The position numbers and the translations under genes are program-made. A DNA stretch of 63,064 nt, counting the filler, from Octopus bimaculoides (lineage: Eukaryota), in NCBI RefSeq assembly GCF_001194135.2. It is 6 parts of 6 records of this genome, joined end to end, with 100 filler letters (N's around TTAATTAATTAA, not from the genome) between each part and the next. Parts side by side here need not be neighbours in the genome. Positions count along the whole stretch, not along the records: positions 12,784 to 24,286 come from NC_068993.1; positions 24,387 to 34,899 come from NC_068984.1; 4 more parts are not named here. One strand, written 5' to 3'. The notes under the pieces are model-generated. The model searched no databases, was not told where the DNA came from, and worked only from the letters and a program-made list of their open reading frames with translations. Each line of letters begins with the position of its first letter. Position 1 is the stretch's first letter. This document shows positions 14,315 through 27,849 of this stretch, piece after piece.

Positions 14315-14475
14315 AAGGGCTTCTTTCAGTTTCCATCTGTCAAATCCACTCACAAAGTGTTGGTTGGGCCAAGGCTATAGCAGAAGACACTTACCAAAGG
14401 TGCCACGGACTGGGACTGAACCTGGAACTTTGTGGTTGAGTAGCTAATTTCTTACTACACAGCGACGCATGCGCT
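14026..14475 (-). mobile_element. SINE family B
   Basis: Reverse-complement match to family B with expanded internal (CA)n/(TA)n and a gap. Confidence 0.85.
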
Positions 14476-14849
14476 TATTGCCACTCCTGAGCAAGCTTTC
14501 CAAATGGGAATGATCAAGTAGAAAAACTCTTATTCTTCATTCAAGAAAATAATGAAAGCCATTAAGAACATCGGGATTCGAAAGCGGAAGCTGCGATGGA
14601 ATAGGTTTTAAGATTTTGATCGTATGACGTGCTTTCCATTAGTTGCACGCAACACATTGTTAGATCTCAACTGTAAGAGATACAACAAACTGTAGACGTT
14701 GTAAAGATAATTTATGAACAACCTGTAGATCGAAACTCGATAAATTTTATGTTGAAAACAAGATGTGATAGAAAGTCTTGATTCAGTTAAAAATTCATTC
14801 AAAGGCTCAGTATATTGATCTCAAATTTTGGCATAAAGGTAGCAAGTTC

Positions 14850-15032
14850 GGAGGAGGGGGTAAGTCGATTACATCGACTCCAATGTTCAACTAGTACTTA
14901 TTGTACCGACCTTGAAAGGCTAAAAGGCAAAGTCGACGTCAGCAGAATTTGAATTCAGAACGTAAAGACGGACGAAATACCGTTAAGCATTTTAGCCGGC
15001 ATGCTAATGATTCTGACAGCTCGCCGCCCTTA
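14850..15032 (-). mobile_element. SINE family A
   Basis: AAAGGCAAAGTCGAC..GAATTTGAATTCAGAACGTAAAGAC..CAGCTCGCCGCC. Confidence 0.8.
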
Positions 15033-15255
15033 AATGCTCAGTATATTGCCATTAAGGATTCATTAACGAAATTTCTTCTTTCGAGTACCGGATATGATTC
15101 TCCTTTCAGTTTCTTTGCAATTAATGACGATTAAAATACTGCCAGAGCTCATGGATCTTCAAACACTGAAACTAATAGACACACAGACACGCGTACGTAC
15201 ACATCTATTTAATTATCTATCAGTGTATCTCTATCGATGTACCTATATCGATAAT

Positions 15256-15291
<36 letters not shown>

Positions 15292-15918
15292 TGAGCGTGT
15301 GTATTTGTGGGCTCGAATTCTCGAACTTCGGGTAACATGATATAACTTATAAGAACAATATTTTATTTTGGAAATGTTTACGTCGGACGTGTACAAACGT
15401 AACTGTAGAATATTTCAATGGTATCATTTCAATACTCACTTTGCTACTTTAGTCGTATATATTTTATCTAAACCTTAAGCCACACAGTACGAAAGCTTGA
15501 TCTCAGCAGTTCTTCGCAGTAAGATAATCTCCGGCTCGTTAGCTCAAGATATTAACCCCGAATTGAAGAAATACTTCTGAAATTATCTATATATATATAT
15601 ATNNNNNNNNNNNNNNNNNNNNNNNNNNNNNNNNNNNNNNNNNNNNNNNNNNNNNNNNNNNNNNNNNNNNNNNNNNNNNNNNNNNNNNNNNNNNNNNNNN
15701 NNNNNNNNNNNNNNNNNNNNNNNNNNNNNNNNNNNATACACACATATATATTAGCGAATATCATCGAGATAATTTACTAGAAGCGTGTACAACATGTAAT
15801 TACCAACACTTAAATGAACATCACACATCTCTTTTACTCTTTCTTTCACACACACTCTCTCTCTCTCATTCATCTCTCTTACTCTTTCTTTCTCTCTCTC
15901 TCCATATATATATAAATA

Positions 15919-15963
<45 letters not shown>

Positions 15964-15974
15964 GGTAGCAAGGT

Positions 15975-16010
<36 letters not shown>

Positions 16011-16329
16011 TCAGTTACCCTGCTATTTATTTAGCAGGACAGAGTAGTTATTATCTGTCTGTACGATATCAATGTATCTCTCAAATCACACTTTAATTTC
16101 TATTTATAAACTAAATATTTTCTAATGTAACATAAAATGTTTGTGCGTGTATATGCATGGGCGTATGTGTGCGTGTCTTCTTGCATTTGTGAGTGCGTAT
16201 GGGCACATGTAGTTTCATTCATTCATATATATGTGTGTGTGTGTGTATATATATGTATATATATTTATATGTATATATATGTGTGTGTGTGTACATATAA
16301 TATATAATATATATATGTATATATATATT

Positions 16330-16359
<30 letters not shown>

Positions 16360-16361
<2 letters not shown>

Positions 16362-16518
16362 AGGAATAGTTGTGTGGTAAGAAGCTTGCTTCTCAACCAC
16401 ATGGTTCTGGGCTCAAGCCCACTTTGTGGTACCTTGGGCAAGTGTCTCCTACTATAGCCTCGGGCCGACCAAACCCTTGTGAGTGGATCTGGGAAACAGA
16501 AACTGAAAGAAGCCCCTC

Positions 16519-16520
<2 letters not shown>
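16360..16520 (+). mobile_element. SINE family B, 5' half running into (TA)n and a gap
   Basis: GTGTGGTAAGAAGCTTGCTT..GAAAGAAGCCCCTCGTATATA. Confidence 0.85.
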
Positions 16521-16557
<37 letters not shown>

Positions 16558-17387
16558 NNNNNNNNNNNNNNNNNNNNNNNNNNNNNNNNNNNNNNNNNNN
16601 NNNNNNNNNNNNNNNNNNNNNNNNNNNNNNNNNNNNNNNNNNNNNNNNNNNNNNNNNNNNNNNNNNNNNNNNNNNNNNNNNNNNNNNNNNNNNNNNNNNN
16701 NNNNNNNNNNNNNNNNNNNNNNNNNNNNNNNNNNNNNNNNNNNNNNNNNNNNNNNNNNNNNNNNNNNNNNNNNNNNNNNNNNNNNNNNNNNNNNNNNNNN
16801 NNNNNNNNNNNNNNNNNNNNNNNNNNNNNNNNNNNNNNNNNNNNNNNNNNNNNNNNNNNNNNNNNNNNNNNNNNNNNNNNNNNNNNNNNNNNNNNNNNNN
16901 NNNNNNNNNNNNNNNNNNNNNNNNNNNNNNNNNNNNNNNNNNNNNNNNNNNNNNNNNNNNNNNNNNNNNNNNNNNNNNNNNNNNNNNNNNNNNNNNNNNN
17001 NNNNNNNNNNNNNNNNNNNNNNNNNNNNNNNNNNNNNNNNNNNNNNNNNNNNNNNNNNNNNNNNNNNNNNNNNNNNNNNNNNNNNNNNNNNNNNNNNNNN
17101 NNNNNNNNNNNNNNNNNNNNNNNNNNNNNNNNNNNNNNNNNNNNNNNNNNNNNNNNNNNNNNNNNNNNNNNNNNNNNNNNNNNNNNNNNNNNNNNNNNNN
17201 NNNNNNNNNNNNNNNNNNNNNNNNNNNNNNNNNNNNNNNNNNNNNNNNNNNNNNNNNNNNNNNNNNNNNNNNNNNNNNNNNNNNNNNNNNNNNNNNNNNN
17301 NNNNNNNNNNNNNNNNNNNNNNNNNNNNNNNNNNNNNNNNNNNNNNNNNNNNNNNNNNNNNNNNNNNNNNNNNNNNNNNNNNNNNNN

Positions 17388-17510
17388 CTCACAGACAGAC
17401 ACACAGACTCACAGACAGACACACAGACTCACAGACAGACACACAGACTCACAGACAGACACACAGACTCACAGACAGACACACAGACTCACAGACAGAC
17501 ACACAGACGG
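17388..17510. repeat. 20-bp minisatellite CTCACAGACAGACACACAGA, about 6 copies
   Basis: Direct reading. Confidence 0.9.
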
Positions 17511-17950
17511 ACAGACAATAGAGCCAACGGCCTCTTAAAAATTGGGCTCTGTTGTTTTGTTGAGCCTCCAAAAGATAAAACTGTTCATCCAGTAATTGCG
17601 ATTGTGACAACTTATTAATGATGCTCGACTTCAACCTCTTCCTTGTTCATCGGTCTATGAATACTCCTCATTATAAACTTTAGTGTATAATTGTCATATC
17701 AGTTTTGGTTTTATATGTATTTACTTTTTTGCCTATATGTGTTAATCAGAGTAAAGAACTGCTTGTGACTTTCACACGTCCTTTAAAGAGAGAGTAATCG
17801 ATTCACGGGATGTTTAGTTTCAACATCCGTAATGTAATCCTGAACATGCTTTTCTTAGTGTCAGTGAAAATATGCAATGATCGCCTGATATATGTACGCG
17901 GGTGTGTGTGTGTGCGTGTGTCTGGTTGTGTATGTGTACTCGCGGGTGTG

Positions 17951-17994
<44 letters not shown>

Positions 17995-19454
17995 NNNNNN
18001 NNNNNNNNNNNNNNNNNNNNNNNNNNNNNNNNNNNNNNNNNNNNNNNNNNNNNNNNNNNNNNNNNNNNNNNNNNNNNNNNNNNNNNNNNNNNNNNNNNNN
18101 NNNNNNNNNNNNNNNNNNNNNNNNNNNNNNNNNNNNNNNNNNNNNNNNNNNNNNNNNNNNNNNNNNNNNTATATATATATACATCGTAAATGTATAACCT
18201 TAAGACAAAATGACGTCCCGTTCACCGGGAATCTTGTGATCTTGGTCTCTTATATGCTAGAAGCCTTGTAATGATGATGATGATGATGACAACGACGACG
18301 ACGGCGACGACGATGATGATGATGACGATGATGATGATGATGATGAGGTAACCCCAAGCTTTCTAAGTGAACGGAAACTGTATGGAAGACTATTGGTTGT
18401 CTTGTATCTGTAATTTAAAGGTCCATCGCTGTGTCTCGAATATTCTACGTGAGAATTACGTTAATGGTACATGCTTCCGCCGAATACTCAGCCGCTTTAC
18501 GCGCTAATCTACATTTTGTTATTCGAACAATTGAATGTTCATCCTCGAAATCGACGGACAATCCATTATATGTGAACGTGCGGATAAGAGAAAGACAGAC
18601 AGACGGATAAACAGACAGAGAGTCTGTCTGAGTATGTATACGTGCAAGTATGTGTGTGTGTGCACGCGCGCGCGTTGTATCGAAAATATATGAAAGGGCG
18701 TCCCACTTTTACCTCGGTCTTTACATTATCAAACTCCTATCACTACATACAAAAGTCACATATATCAATATCAAAAATATAAGCAAAAATAGTTCAACAT
18801 ACAATTTTTGCTCCAAATCTTCAAATAGTTGAGACTTACTTAACGCTATCGCTGGCAGAAGATAAATACAACTCTAAGGTCAGATAACATTAAAACCAAA
18901 CAAAGACCAGAAGCTGCCCGTTGATAATGGCACGCGTACACAAATATATACGTTCGTGCATTGATGTGAGCGTGTGTATTGAGTTATGAAGTTGATAAAA
19001 CGGTTTCGTATAACTAATATATTGTTGTATATCAGCGGTAATCCTCAGTCAACGCCAAACACCGTAAAATATTTATGAAGGTGCAGCCATTTTGAAAGAT
19101 GGTTACCGAGAAAGTGTGGCGGGAATTTTATACGTTGGCTGAATTTATAAATAATTCACATTCTATCAATGTGGTGTTGAGAGAAACTTCACCAGTCATT
19201 TATAAAACCCTATAAATGTGTGTGTGGGTAAAACCACTCAAAAGATGTCATCCAAGAGTAGCACCCCTTGATTTATTGGTTTCTTTACAAGAACCTCCGC
19301 GTATTCAACGAGACTGTGTTTTGATCCAAAATGGAACGAACACCATTCCTCCATGTAATCGGCTTCAAAAATTGTTAAGGTATTAAGATATTTTACTTAA
19401 CATGAAACTAATGGTAGCCTTAACACACAAATAAAGAAATTCTATCCAGCAATG

Positions 19455-19735
19455 CGGTGTTGAGCACTCATTTTCAGGGCTTAGTCAAACAAATCGACTT
19501 ATCTTAAAGTCGGTACTTATTTTAAAGTCTGTTACCTATTTTAAATCGCTAAGTTGAGGGAACTGGTTGTCAAGCGGGGACGGAGAGACAAGCACAAAAA
19601 CGCACACACATACACATGTGTGTGTGCGTATATACACGACGGGTTTCCTCACAGTTTCCTTTTACCAAATTCACTCCCAAAGTGAACTATAGTAGAAAAT
19701 GTTTGCCCAGAGTACCACGCAGTAAAATTGAATCC
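19455..19735 (-). mobile_element. degenerate SINE family B
   Basis: CAAATCGAC..GTCAAGCG..ACACGACGGGTTTC..TACCAAATTCACT..TGCCCAGAGTACCACGCAGT. Confidence 0.6.
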
Positions 19736-20179
19736 GAAAGCAAGTAGCTGCAAAGAAAGTAACTCAATCCTTTAAACTTTGTGAAGCCTAACTTTTCTAG
19801 ATCATCTTTTAGTTACATAACCAAGTACTCTTGTAATCATAGCTATAATACGAGTCTATGTATGTATCGATGTGTATGTGTGAGTGCGTACGAGCGTGCA
19901 CTTTACGTTTTGTGTATATCTCGCAGTAGTTATTTGCCTTAATATATTTTCAATGTATACTTTCAACAGAGCATACCTTATTTTCTTAAGCCGCTCACTC
20001 AACTCACTCCAGCATCGTTAGTTACCTGTGTTTGTTACCGATATCATTGTTGATTATTATTTATTATTATTATTATTATTATTATGATTGTGTTGTCTTA
20101 AAAGTGTATCGTTCCCATCTCTTATTGTTCTTGTTTTCCTTTCCCCTTTCATTATGTCATCCATCTTCTTTCACTCTTT

Positions 20180-20217
<38 letters not shown>

Positions 20218-20545
20218 NNNNNNNNNNNNNNNNNNNNNNNNNNNNNNNNNNNNNNNNNNNNNNNNNNNNNNNNNNNNNNNNNNNNNNNNNNNNNNNNNNN
20301 NNNNNNNNNNNNNNNNNNNNNNNNNNNNNNNNNNNNNNNNNNNNNNNNNNNNNNNNNNNNNNNNNNNNNNNNNNNNNNNNNNNNNNNNNNNNNNNNNNNN
20401 NNNNNNNNNNNNNNNNNNNNNNNNNNNNNNNNNNNNNNNNNNNNNNNNNNNNNNNNNNNNNNNNNNNNNNNNNNNNNNNNNNNNNNNNNNNNNNNNNNNN
20501 NNNNNNNNNNNNNNNNNNNNNNNNNNNNNNNNNNNNNNNNNNNNN

Positions 20546-20599
<54 letters not shown>

Positions 20600-20899
20600 C
20601 GTGTGTGTGTGTGTCTGTTTATTTATTTAGTAATTCACCAATTCCGATAGCTCCAAATTTTTTCGCTGGGTCCCTATCAAATTTCTGCGAGTGTACAACA
20701 TTCTGTTTATAGGAACCCATATAAAAGTATTACAGAAAGCTAAATAGACATCTGTTGTATCATCTTCACTCCCACCACAACTACCACTCCCGTCACCATC
20801 GCCACCATCACCGTCACTCCCATCGACACCGTTATTACCACTACCACCGTTACAACCATCAGCACCACATCAACTTCAGCTTGAAAACCATTCCATCAG

Positions 20900-21200
20900 T
20901 CATTTCCGCTTTGCATCTTCCAGCTGACGATCTTTCTTGGCGATCTCACATCCTCAAAGATTGCATCATATCGAACGCCCTTCCTCTTCAAGGCCACAAA
21001 GTATCTTCAGTTTAAGATAATTATTAACCCTCAACAGACGACCCAAATATTAGCATCGCAACAGACTACTGCTCGCTTCCACATCTGGGACGTTGGAACG
21101 CCGCTGCGGGTTCTCATAGAAACATCCTAGATCACATCTTCCCCTCCACAAATGACCACTCTGCCTGCTTTGCACCAACATACTCCATCCTTGACCATTG
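20900..21200 (+). pseudogene. decayed CR1/Jockey-like LINE ORF2 fragment
   Basis: LSWRSHIL and TDYCS..HIWD motifs resemble the post-RT region of CR1/Jockey ORF2. Confidence 0.5.
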
Positions 21201-21401
21201 ACGTGTGCTCTTTTTCTCCCTTTCCCCCACACACACTCTCTCTCCCTCTCCTCTCTCTCTCAGTGTAGTATTTTTTATTATGCCAGAGAAAGTGATTATA
21301 ATTTCATGTGTATGTGTTCGGGTAAATGCTTATGCTGGTTTATGGCAAACAGAAGTAGAAAATCTCACAGAAAGACTAAATAATATTTAACATCTACTTA
21401 A

Positions 21402-21555
21402 GGCTGGCAGGATCTACTAGCTGGCAGAATCGTCTATGCATCGGGGAAAATGCTTAACGGCATTTCGTCCGTCTTTACGTTCTGAGATCAAATGCCGTTG
21501 GAGTCGACTTTGCCTTTAATTCTTTCGGAGTTGATCAAATAAGTACCAGTTAAGG
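21402..21555 (+). mobile_element. SINE family A
   Basis: CTGGCAGAATCG..AAATGCTTAACGGCATTTCG..GTCGACTTTGCCTTT..AAGTACCAGTT. Confidence 0.8.
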
Positions 21556-21805
21556 ACTAGTCTATTTGATACGTACGTCTATATTCGTTTATCACGGGTG
21601 CTTCGTTAAAATCCAAAAGAAAACACCGCGTTAGATGAATCCGTGATACATAAATAACAGAAATTATTGGAAAAATAGGTTTCGTCCCGAAACCCCAAGC
21701 TGTGCTGAGTATTGTGGATGGTCACTGGGCTACTTCCATGTTTTACACAATTGTTAATTTAATACGTACGTCAATGTTCGTATATTAGGGAAGTTTGGTT
21801 TTAAA

Positions 21806-21901
21806 ATGAATCAGTGATAAATGAATCGGTGATAAATGAATCAGTGATAAATGAATCAGTGATAAATGAATCAGTGATAAATGAATCAGTGATAAATGAA
21901 T
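21806..21901. repeat. 15-bp tandem repeat ATGAATCAGTGATAA x6
   Basis: Six units, one with a single substitution. Confidence 0.95.
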
Positions 21902-22993
21902 ATAGAACATACTAGAAAAATATATTTCGTTTCGAGCCCCCAAGTTGTCCTAAGCATTGCGGATAGCTGATGGGGTGAATTTTTACAGTCCAAGCAGAAT
22001 CTTTGACAGATCGCCGAACCGTATTATCAAAAGTTAATATGAAAAGCATAACATAGTTCACATTGAGCGTGCCGTTTAGACCCCAATCAGTGATAAACGA
22101 GAGTAGATATAGTTAGATTGTGCATGGATGCATTATTTAGAAACGTTCACATAAACATGAAGTCATTACATTGTAATTTCCCAAGATGTTGATTCGCTTT
22201 TGTTTGATAAATTTTGACATATGTTATAAATTCTGTCGACATATCACTCATAGTTTTTGGCGGAAATCGTTTTGTTTTCGTTTCGTTAGGTTTCCCTTCT
22301 AAATCAGACGAGTTTAAAAGTGATGTAATCCGTGTGATAGTGTGTTTGTTTTAAATATATGTGTGAAACACAACTGTCAGCTTGTCAGTCTTTCTGTTCG
22401 TCTAGCTTTTTAATTACCACGGGAACATAACAAAGATACAAAGAGAAGAAAGAAATGAGTTAGGAAAGAGAAATAGTGTACTATACAAACGCCGACATAG
22501 GAAGAAATATGACAAGATGGAGAGAAAATATTAAATAAACAATAACACTAGTTTTATTGTAAAATGAATTAAAATGACAGAATAACAATTAAAATAAAAT
22601 ATAAATTTAGTAAGTTATAAAATATGATTGTTTTCCACAAAATAACGAAAAATAGTGTGAAAAGAAGCAGTAGAAATATATATTTTGTCATATTTTCCCA
22701 AGGAACCAAGAAGTAAAATATAAATAAATACAAAAGATTTCTAAAATGACAATCAAAGTGAGATTTATGTAGGCGAGAACAAGGGCTAATAAAAAAAAAT
22801 AATACTTCCTCATTCGGTTGAATTGAAAAGGAAAAAATTAATGGGTAAGGAAAGTGAATTTGCTTATTAGGTGAATGTCGAAACTAAAAGAATTGGATAA
22901 ATACGAGAGGAATACGATAAATACGAAAGAATACTAAAGTACTGAGAACATGATTCAACTATTTATAATCAAAAGCACACTCCCCACTCTCTC

Positions 22994-23058
<65 letters not shown>

Positions 23059-24252
23059 TGAAGTATATTTGCCACTTGAATGTGGCTAACCTTTAAGGGT
23101 TGATGCTACTGTAGGTTGTAGCCCCAGGAAGACATCTCCTCCAGCTCGCTATTGACGCACTTTCTGTGCCCTATCAGTATTTGCAAAGGGAAGTCATCCT
23201 TCACATTTCCAACCTGACGTGATACACACGGACCCAAGTTTCTGAGTATTGATCCATCATCAGCGTGTGACAATCACCGGTTGTCGATGTGAAGGGGTTC
23301 CCAATGCAAATATATATATCCTTTTTCCAGTGACGAAAAGTCACTGATCTCGAAAAAGTGGAAACAAGCATTTTTCCACAAGCCTGACCTTTCTTTCGAC
23401 TACCATCCATGCAACATCTATATTCCTCCCTGTACCTGTCAAATGATATGTCCCTGCCGTAAGGCTTTACTTCCACACACGCCAGCTTAATTTAATTCGT
23501 CCTTAGTCGAAAGACACCCGTTGTTAATGTCCTGTTATTTGTATTTGTGTACCATTTCTCCGTATTTTTTCGTCCTTGTTTTCGTATACATTCGCTGCTT
23601 TCTTCCAAGAAATCTAGTGCTCTTAGCTTAGTTTTTCCTTGGGGCTGGCCAGATTGGAGCAATCTCGAGTATAACCAGCCGAAATTGCAAAGATAATCTG
23701 GAACTCGACTGAGGAAAAAAAAACTCCGAATGACTCGTCCTTGTTTTCTTTGTATCGTCTATCTGGATGTTTTGTTGTCCCTTTTTTGTATCACCTAACT
23801 GTTGAATGTTTTGCGTTCTTGTTCCATTTCTGTATTTTTTTACATATGTATGTATGTATGTTTGTAATCTTTCAGCCATTCTGCAAACTATTGCTCAAAC
23901 TGTAACTCCATAAATTTTCATTAAAAAAAGAAACATATCTGGAGTTACCGCCAACCAATACAACCTCACACACTCTTCCAGTTTTCATCAGTTTTGATTT
24001 CTGGATTATCTCCTTGCCTATCTTATCTCCCCCACGCCCACCCAGTAGTCTTCCTTTATTTGACACGAGGATTTATATCGAAGCAGGTATCAATTTGATT
24101 AATTAAAACAGAATCAGTGAGTTCACTATATTAATCATGTTAAAACCCATTGAACTGTATGTCTTATATAATTGATAATTTATCGATCTATCGATGGATA
24201 ATCGTGTTTCCTATTTCCTTGCTTATTTTGTCTTACAATAGAGTTGACATTT

Positions 24253-24286
<34 letters not shown>

Positions 24287-24386
24287 NNNNNNNNNNNNNN
24301 NNNNNNNNNNNNNNNNNNNNNNNNNNNNNNTTAATTAATTAANNNNNNNNNNNNNNNNNNNNNNNNNNNNNNNNNNNNNNNNNNNN
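24287..24386. other. artificial assembly spacer
   Basis: N44-TTAATTAATTAA-N44. Confidence 0.95.
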
Positions 24387-24686
24387 TGATTACTACCTAG
24401 CTCAGATACCAGGAAACCCCAAAATGGCTGAAGTTCAAAAGATAGTGCTCATGGGAACTGCCCGTATCCTACGTAAAATACTGTCTATGTGATCTCAAAT
24501 TTTAAAACAAACACATAATTTTCTTATGGTTTCTTAAACATTCTCTAGAACAACACTATGTACTAATCCAAATATATGGTACCCTAGACATAACACCTAC
24601 ATGAACTTCTAGCTTGTTGTCTCTTGAGGTCTCTGGGTGAAACTTGGATCCAACTTGTACAAATGCAAAGCAAAAGTCAAACATAA

Positions 24687-24750
<64 letters not shown>
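24387..24750 (+). mobile_element. 3' end of an R4/Dong-like non-LTR retrotransposon with (TAA)n tail
   Basis: DYYLAQIPGNPKMAEVQKIVLMGTARILRKILSM* matches the QK..L.GTA.ILRK.L C-terminus of RLE-type LINEs; followed by a 3'UTR and (TAA)n. Confidence 0.85.
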
Positions 24751-24753
<3 letters not shown>

Positions 24754-24827
24754 TATTTATAATAACTAGCTGGACCCGTGAAAATTTCACAGAAAACAAA
24801 AAATGTAAGCATCTGTAAACAGTGTAC

Positions 24828-25007
24828 TGGTGCCATGAGGAATGTTTGCATATTATGACCCTCTGTCTTTATGTTCTGAGTTCAAATTCTGCCGACGTTG
24901 ACCTTACCTTTCGTCCTTTCGGGGAAGAGGTCCATAAATTAAGTACCAGTTGTGTACTGGGTCGATCTAATCAACTGGCCCTCTCCCCACAAAAATTTCA
25001 GGCCTAG
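24828..25007 (+). mobile_element. SINE family A (short-tail form)
   Basis: GTTCTGAGTTCAAATTCTGCC..AAATTAAGTACCAGTTG..AAAATTTCAGGCC. Confidence 0.8.
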
Positions 25008-25179
25008 TAAAGTATATTGTGGCAGTTACAGAATATAGAAAGTAACACCAATGACTATATAATCCAACCAAAATATCTCAGTTATACAAACGTGAACGGA
25101 ATTACTATTTAACCTTAAAATACATCGTACATATTCAAGGAACCTTCTTGGTTTAGTGGTACGGAACGTTTTATTGTTA

Positions 25180-25395
25180 TTCTTTTACTTGTTTCAGTCA
25201 TTTGACGATGGCCATGCTGGAGCATCACCCTTTAATTGAAGAAATTGATCCCTGGACTTATTCCCTGTGAGCCTGGTGCTTTTTTTTTTATCAGTCCTTT
25301 CTGCTGAACAGCTAAATTACGGGGACGCAAACGCACCAACATCGGTTGTCAAGCAATTATAATGGTGGGACAAACAAAGACACAAACACGCACAC

Positions 25396-25400
<5 letters not shown>
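25180..25400 (-). mobile_element. SINE family B, 3' half
   Basis: TTTTACTTGTTTCAGTCATTTGAC..GGCCATGCTGGAGCA..CGGTTGTCAAGC. Confidence 0.85.
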
Positions 25401-25426
<26 letters not shown>

Positions 25427-27608
25427 TATGTATATATATATANNNNNNNNNNNNNNNNNNNNNNNNNNNNNNNNNNNNNNNNNNNNNNNNNNNNNNNNNN
25501 NNNNNNNNATATATAAATAAGACCAATAAAAATAATCAGGTGAAAATGCACGTAGGTATCTTTAAAAAGAATCTCTTTTATCATTATTTTATAGAAACAA
25601 TATTTTACATTTTGTTTTTATCGGTTCCTTCTATTTTTATAGCCTTATCAAAAAATTGTAGTTTTTTCAGAAATACAGTCCGTTACGCGCGCGCGCGCGC
25701 ACACACACACACACATACATACACACAAATTTTATCCTCGTTGTACACTTTGAAATTTCACAATTAACTTATTTAACCAGTTCTTGACTACTTCTGTTTC
25801 CTCGGCTGGTACGCTGTCTTCTTCACCATGAGCATCTTCATTATCCATCCCATATCTTCATATCCACTCATGACTATCTTCGAAATTCTTGATAGCCACA
25901 TACTTAACTAGTTTTGTAAGAAAACTTTGAATGTGTACAATACGGACGTTGTTATCAGAAGATTGTTTTGTGAATACATCACTTCCAGCAGATTACTTTA
26001 CTGTGGTCAATGATTGTTTCTGAGTGTGTATTTATAGACCTGAAAAAGAAATCATGTCTGGGTTATATCAAAACACCGCTGGAACAGAATTATTTTAAAA
26101 AAAGATTCTGTAAATTAATTTTCACATGTTGGACTGGTAGAGATGGTGATAGTGGGGTAATGTTGAGGTGCGTAGTAGTGGAGTCGTGTTGTATTAGGGT
26201 GTGGGAGGAGTGATGAGGTGGCGATGGTGGGATAATGGTGATAAAGTAGTGATGGTGGTCTAAACTTTTGTTTATTTTACATTTCTCTCCAAGAAATATA
26301 CCCTTTATAGTTCATAATTTTATATCTTAAATTCAGCTGGGTTTCATAGTCCTTCAATAATACAACGATCATATGTATTTTAAGGTTCATCATTTGTATC
26401 ACAAATGATGCAGATTTCAGAGAGCCGGGTTTATAGTCTTTCACTTGTTACACTATAATGCTCTTACTTTGTACATGGTTTGTCCGGAAACAAATATAAC
26501 TAAACTAAGGTCAAAAGATAAAAATTGCATCTTATGAATCTAGTACTGATCGCTGATTTTCCACTTTACACATGGAGAAGAGTACCAAATTGGAAAGATT
26601 GTTGTCAAATTTCTATCAGGCTGAGTGTGTCAGAGCAAATATCCTCTCAGATATTGACCTGCGTATTATTAGGCCGGAAGAGTTGTTAAACAGCAGACTT
26701 TACACAAATTGGTCATAAACGGATTTAGAATTCATGTTGTTGATGGTACCTAAATATAAGAAGCTAGAGGCAAAAAAATAAATAGTATTTATTGTAAAGG
26801 ACAACGAAGGCTCTCACCCTCAATAAACAACAAACCAAATAACAGGATGAATTAAAGCAACTTTATCTATCATCTTTTAAACTATAAACAAACAAGCTAA
26901 TTAGGAACAACTAAGTAGTGGTTAGAACTAGAAACCAAATCCCCTTCAGATATCAACTTAGTAGCTTAAGATAGAATAATATACTGGATAAAATGTGCTA
27001 CAATATAAGAAGAATAATCACGACTGGAAAGCCAGTCGAACGATTAAAATTTGACACACAGTTATCATAAAAAAAACACGGAATCTGAAAGTAAAAATTA
27101 AAAAAAAAATGAAGTGCAAAGGAACTGTATTTGTCTCTCTCAGCCCACCTCGTTAGAACCATCACTAGGAATTTCTAAGTTGCTTTTCGTTCTTCTAGAA
27201 AGAAGCGAATATCTGCCGCATGTCAGAGGGTACAATATGTTTCACGTTAGATGAAGGCATATATACTTGGACGAATAATATATCTACGTCATGCACCAGT
27301 CGCACGCCTGACTACTTACGTACCTTAGATTTATTTGATCAAAGTTAAGTACGAGGTGCACAAAAAATTTCGAGGTTAAGTATCGGGGCTGATTAATCTC
27401 TCCAGGGCCAGAGAATATTTCCCTTAAATAAAATAAGAGATAATTAGTGCTGTATTGTAATTAATGGCTTGCAGAATGAGCTATCGAAAGAAACAAACGT
27501 ACTGGCGTTGGAGGAAATGGAAGAAATCTATTGCAATCGCAAAGAGTAAGCTGATATTCTCCAAAGCTGGATCTTACCATGAAACTATTTTCTTCTGTGC
27601 AATTTTCT

Positions 27609-27849
27609 TTTCTGCAATCAATAATGCAATGTCGAATGATCCACGAATATCCTACTGGACATTATCTTCACAGTTTTCCGCACAACTAACGATAGAATCT
27701 GACTCCAATTTCATAATTTCATATGAGAAGAGACAAACCCATTGCTGACTTATCAGTTGATGCAGACTATAAAAGATGCAGATTTGTAGAAAATTATATG
27801 TCTATGTGTAATTGCTTAACGGTACTATATTACACATGTTTTTGAAATC
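27609..27849. repeat. 241-bp direct duplication, copy 1
   Basis: Reads identical to 29246-29486 (offset 1637). Confidence 0.95.

Noticed and set aside
21806-21901. Possible CRISPR array
   Set aside because: Contiguous 15-bp units with no unique spacers, no cas genes, eukaryotic context.
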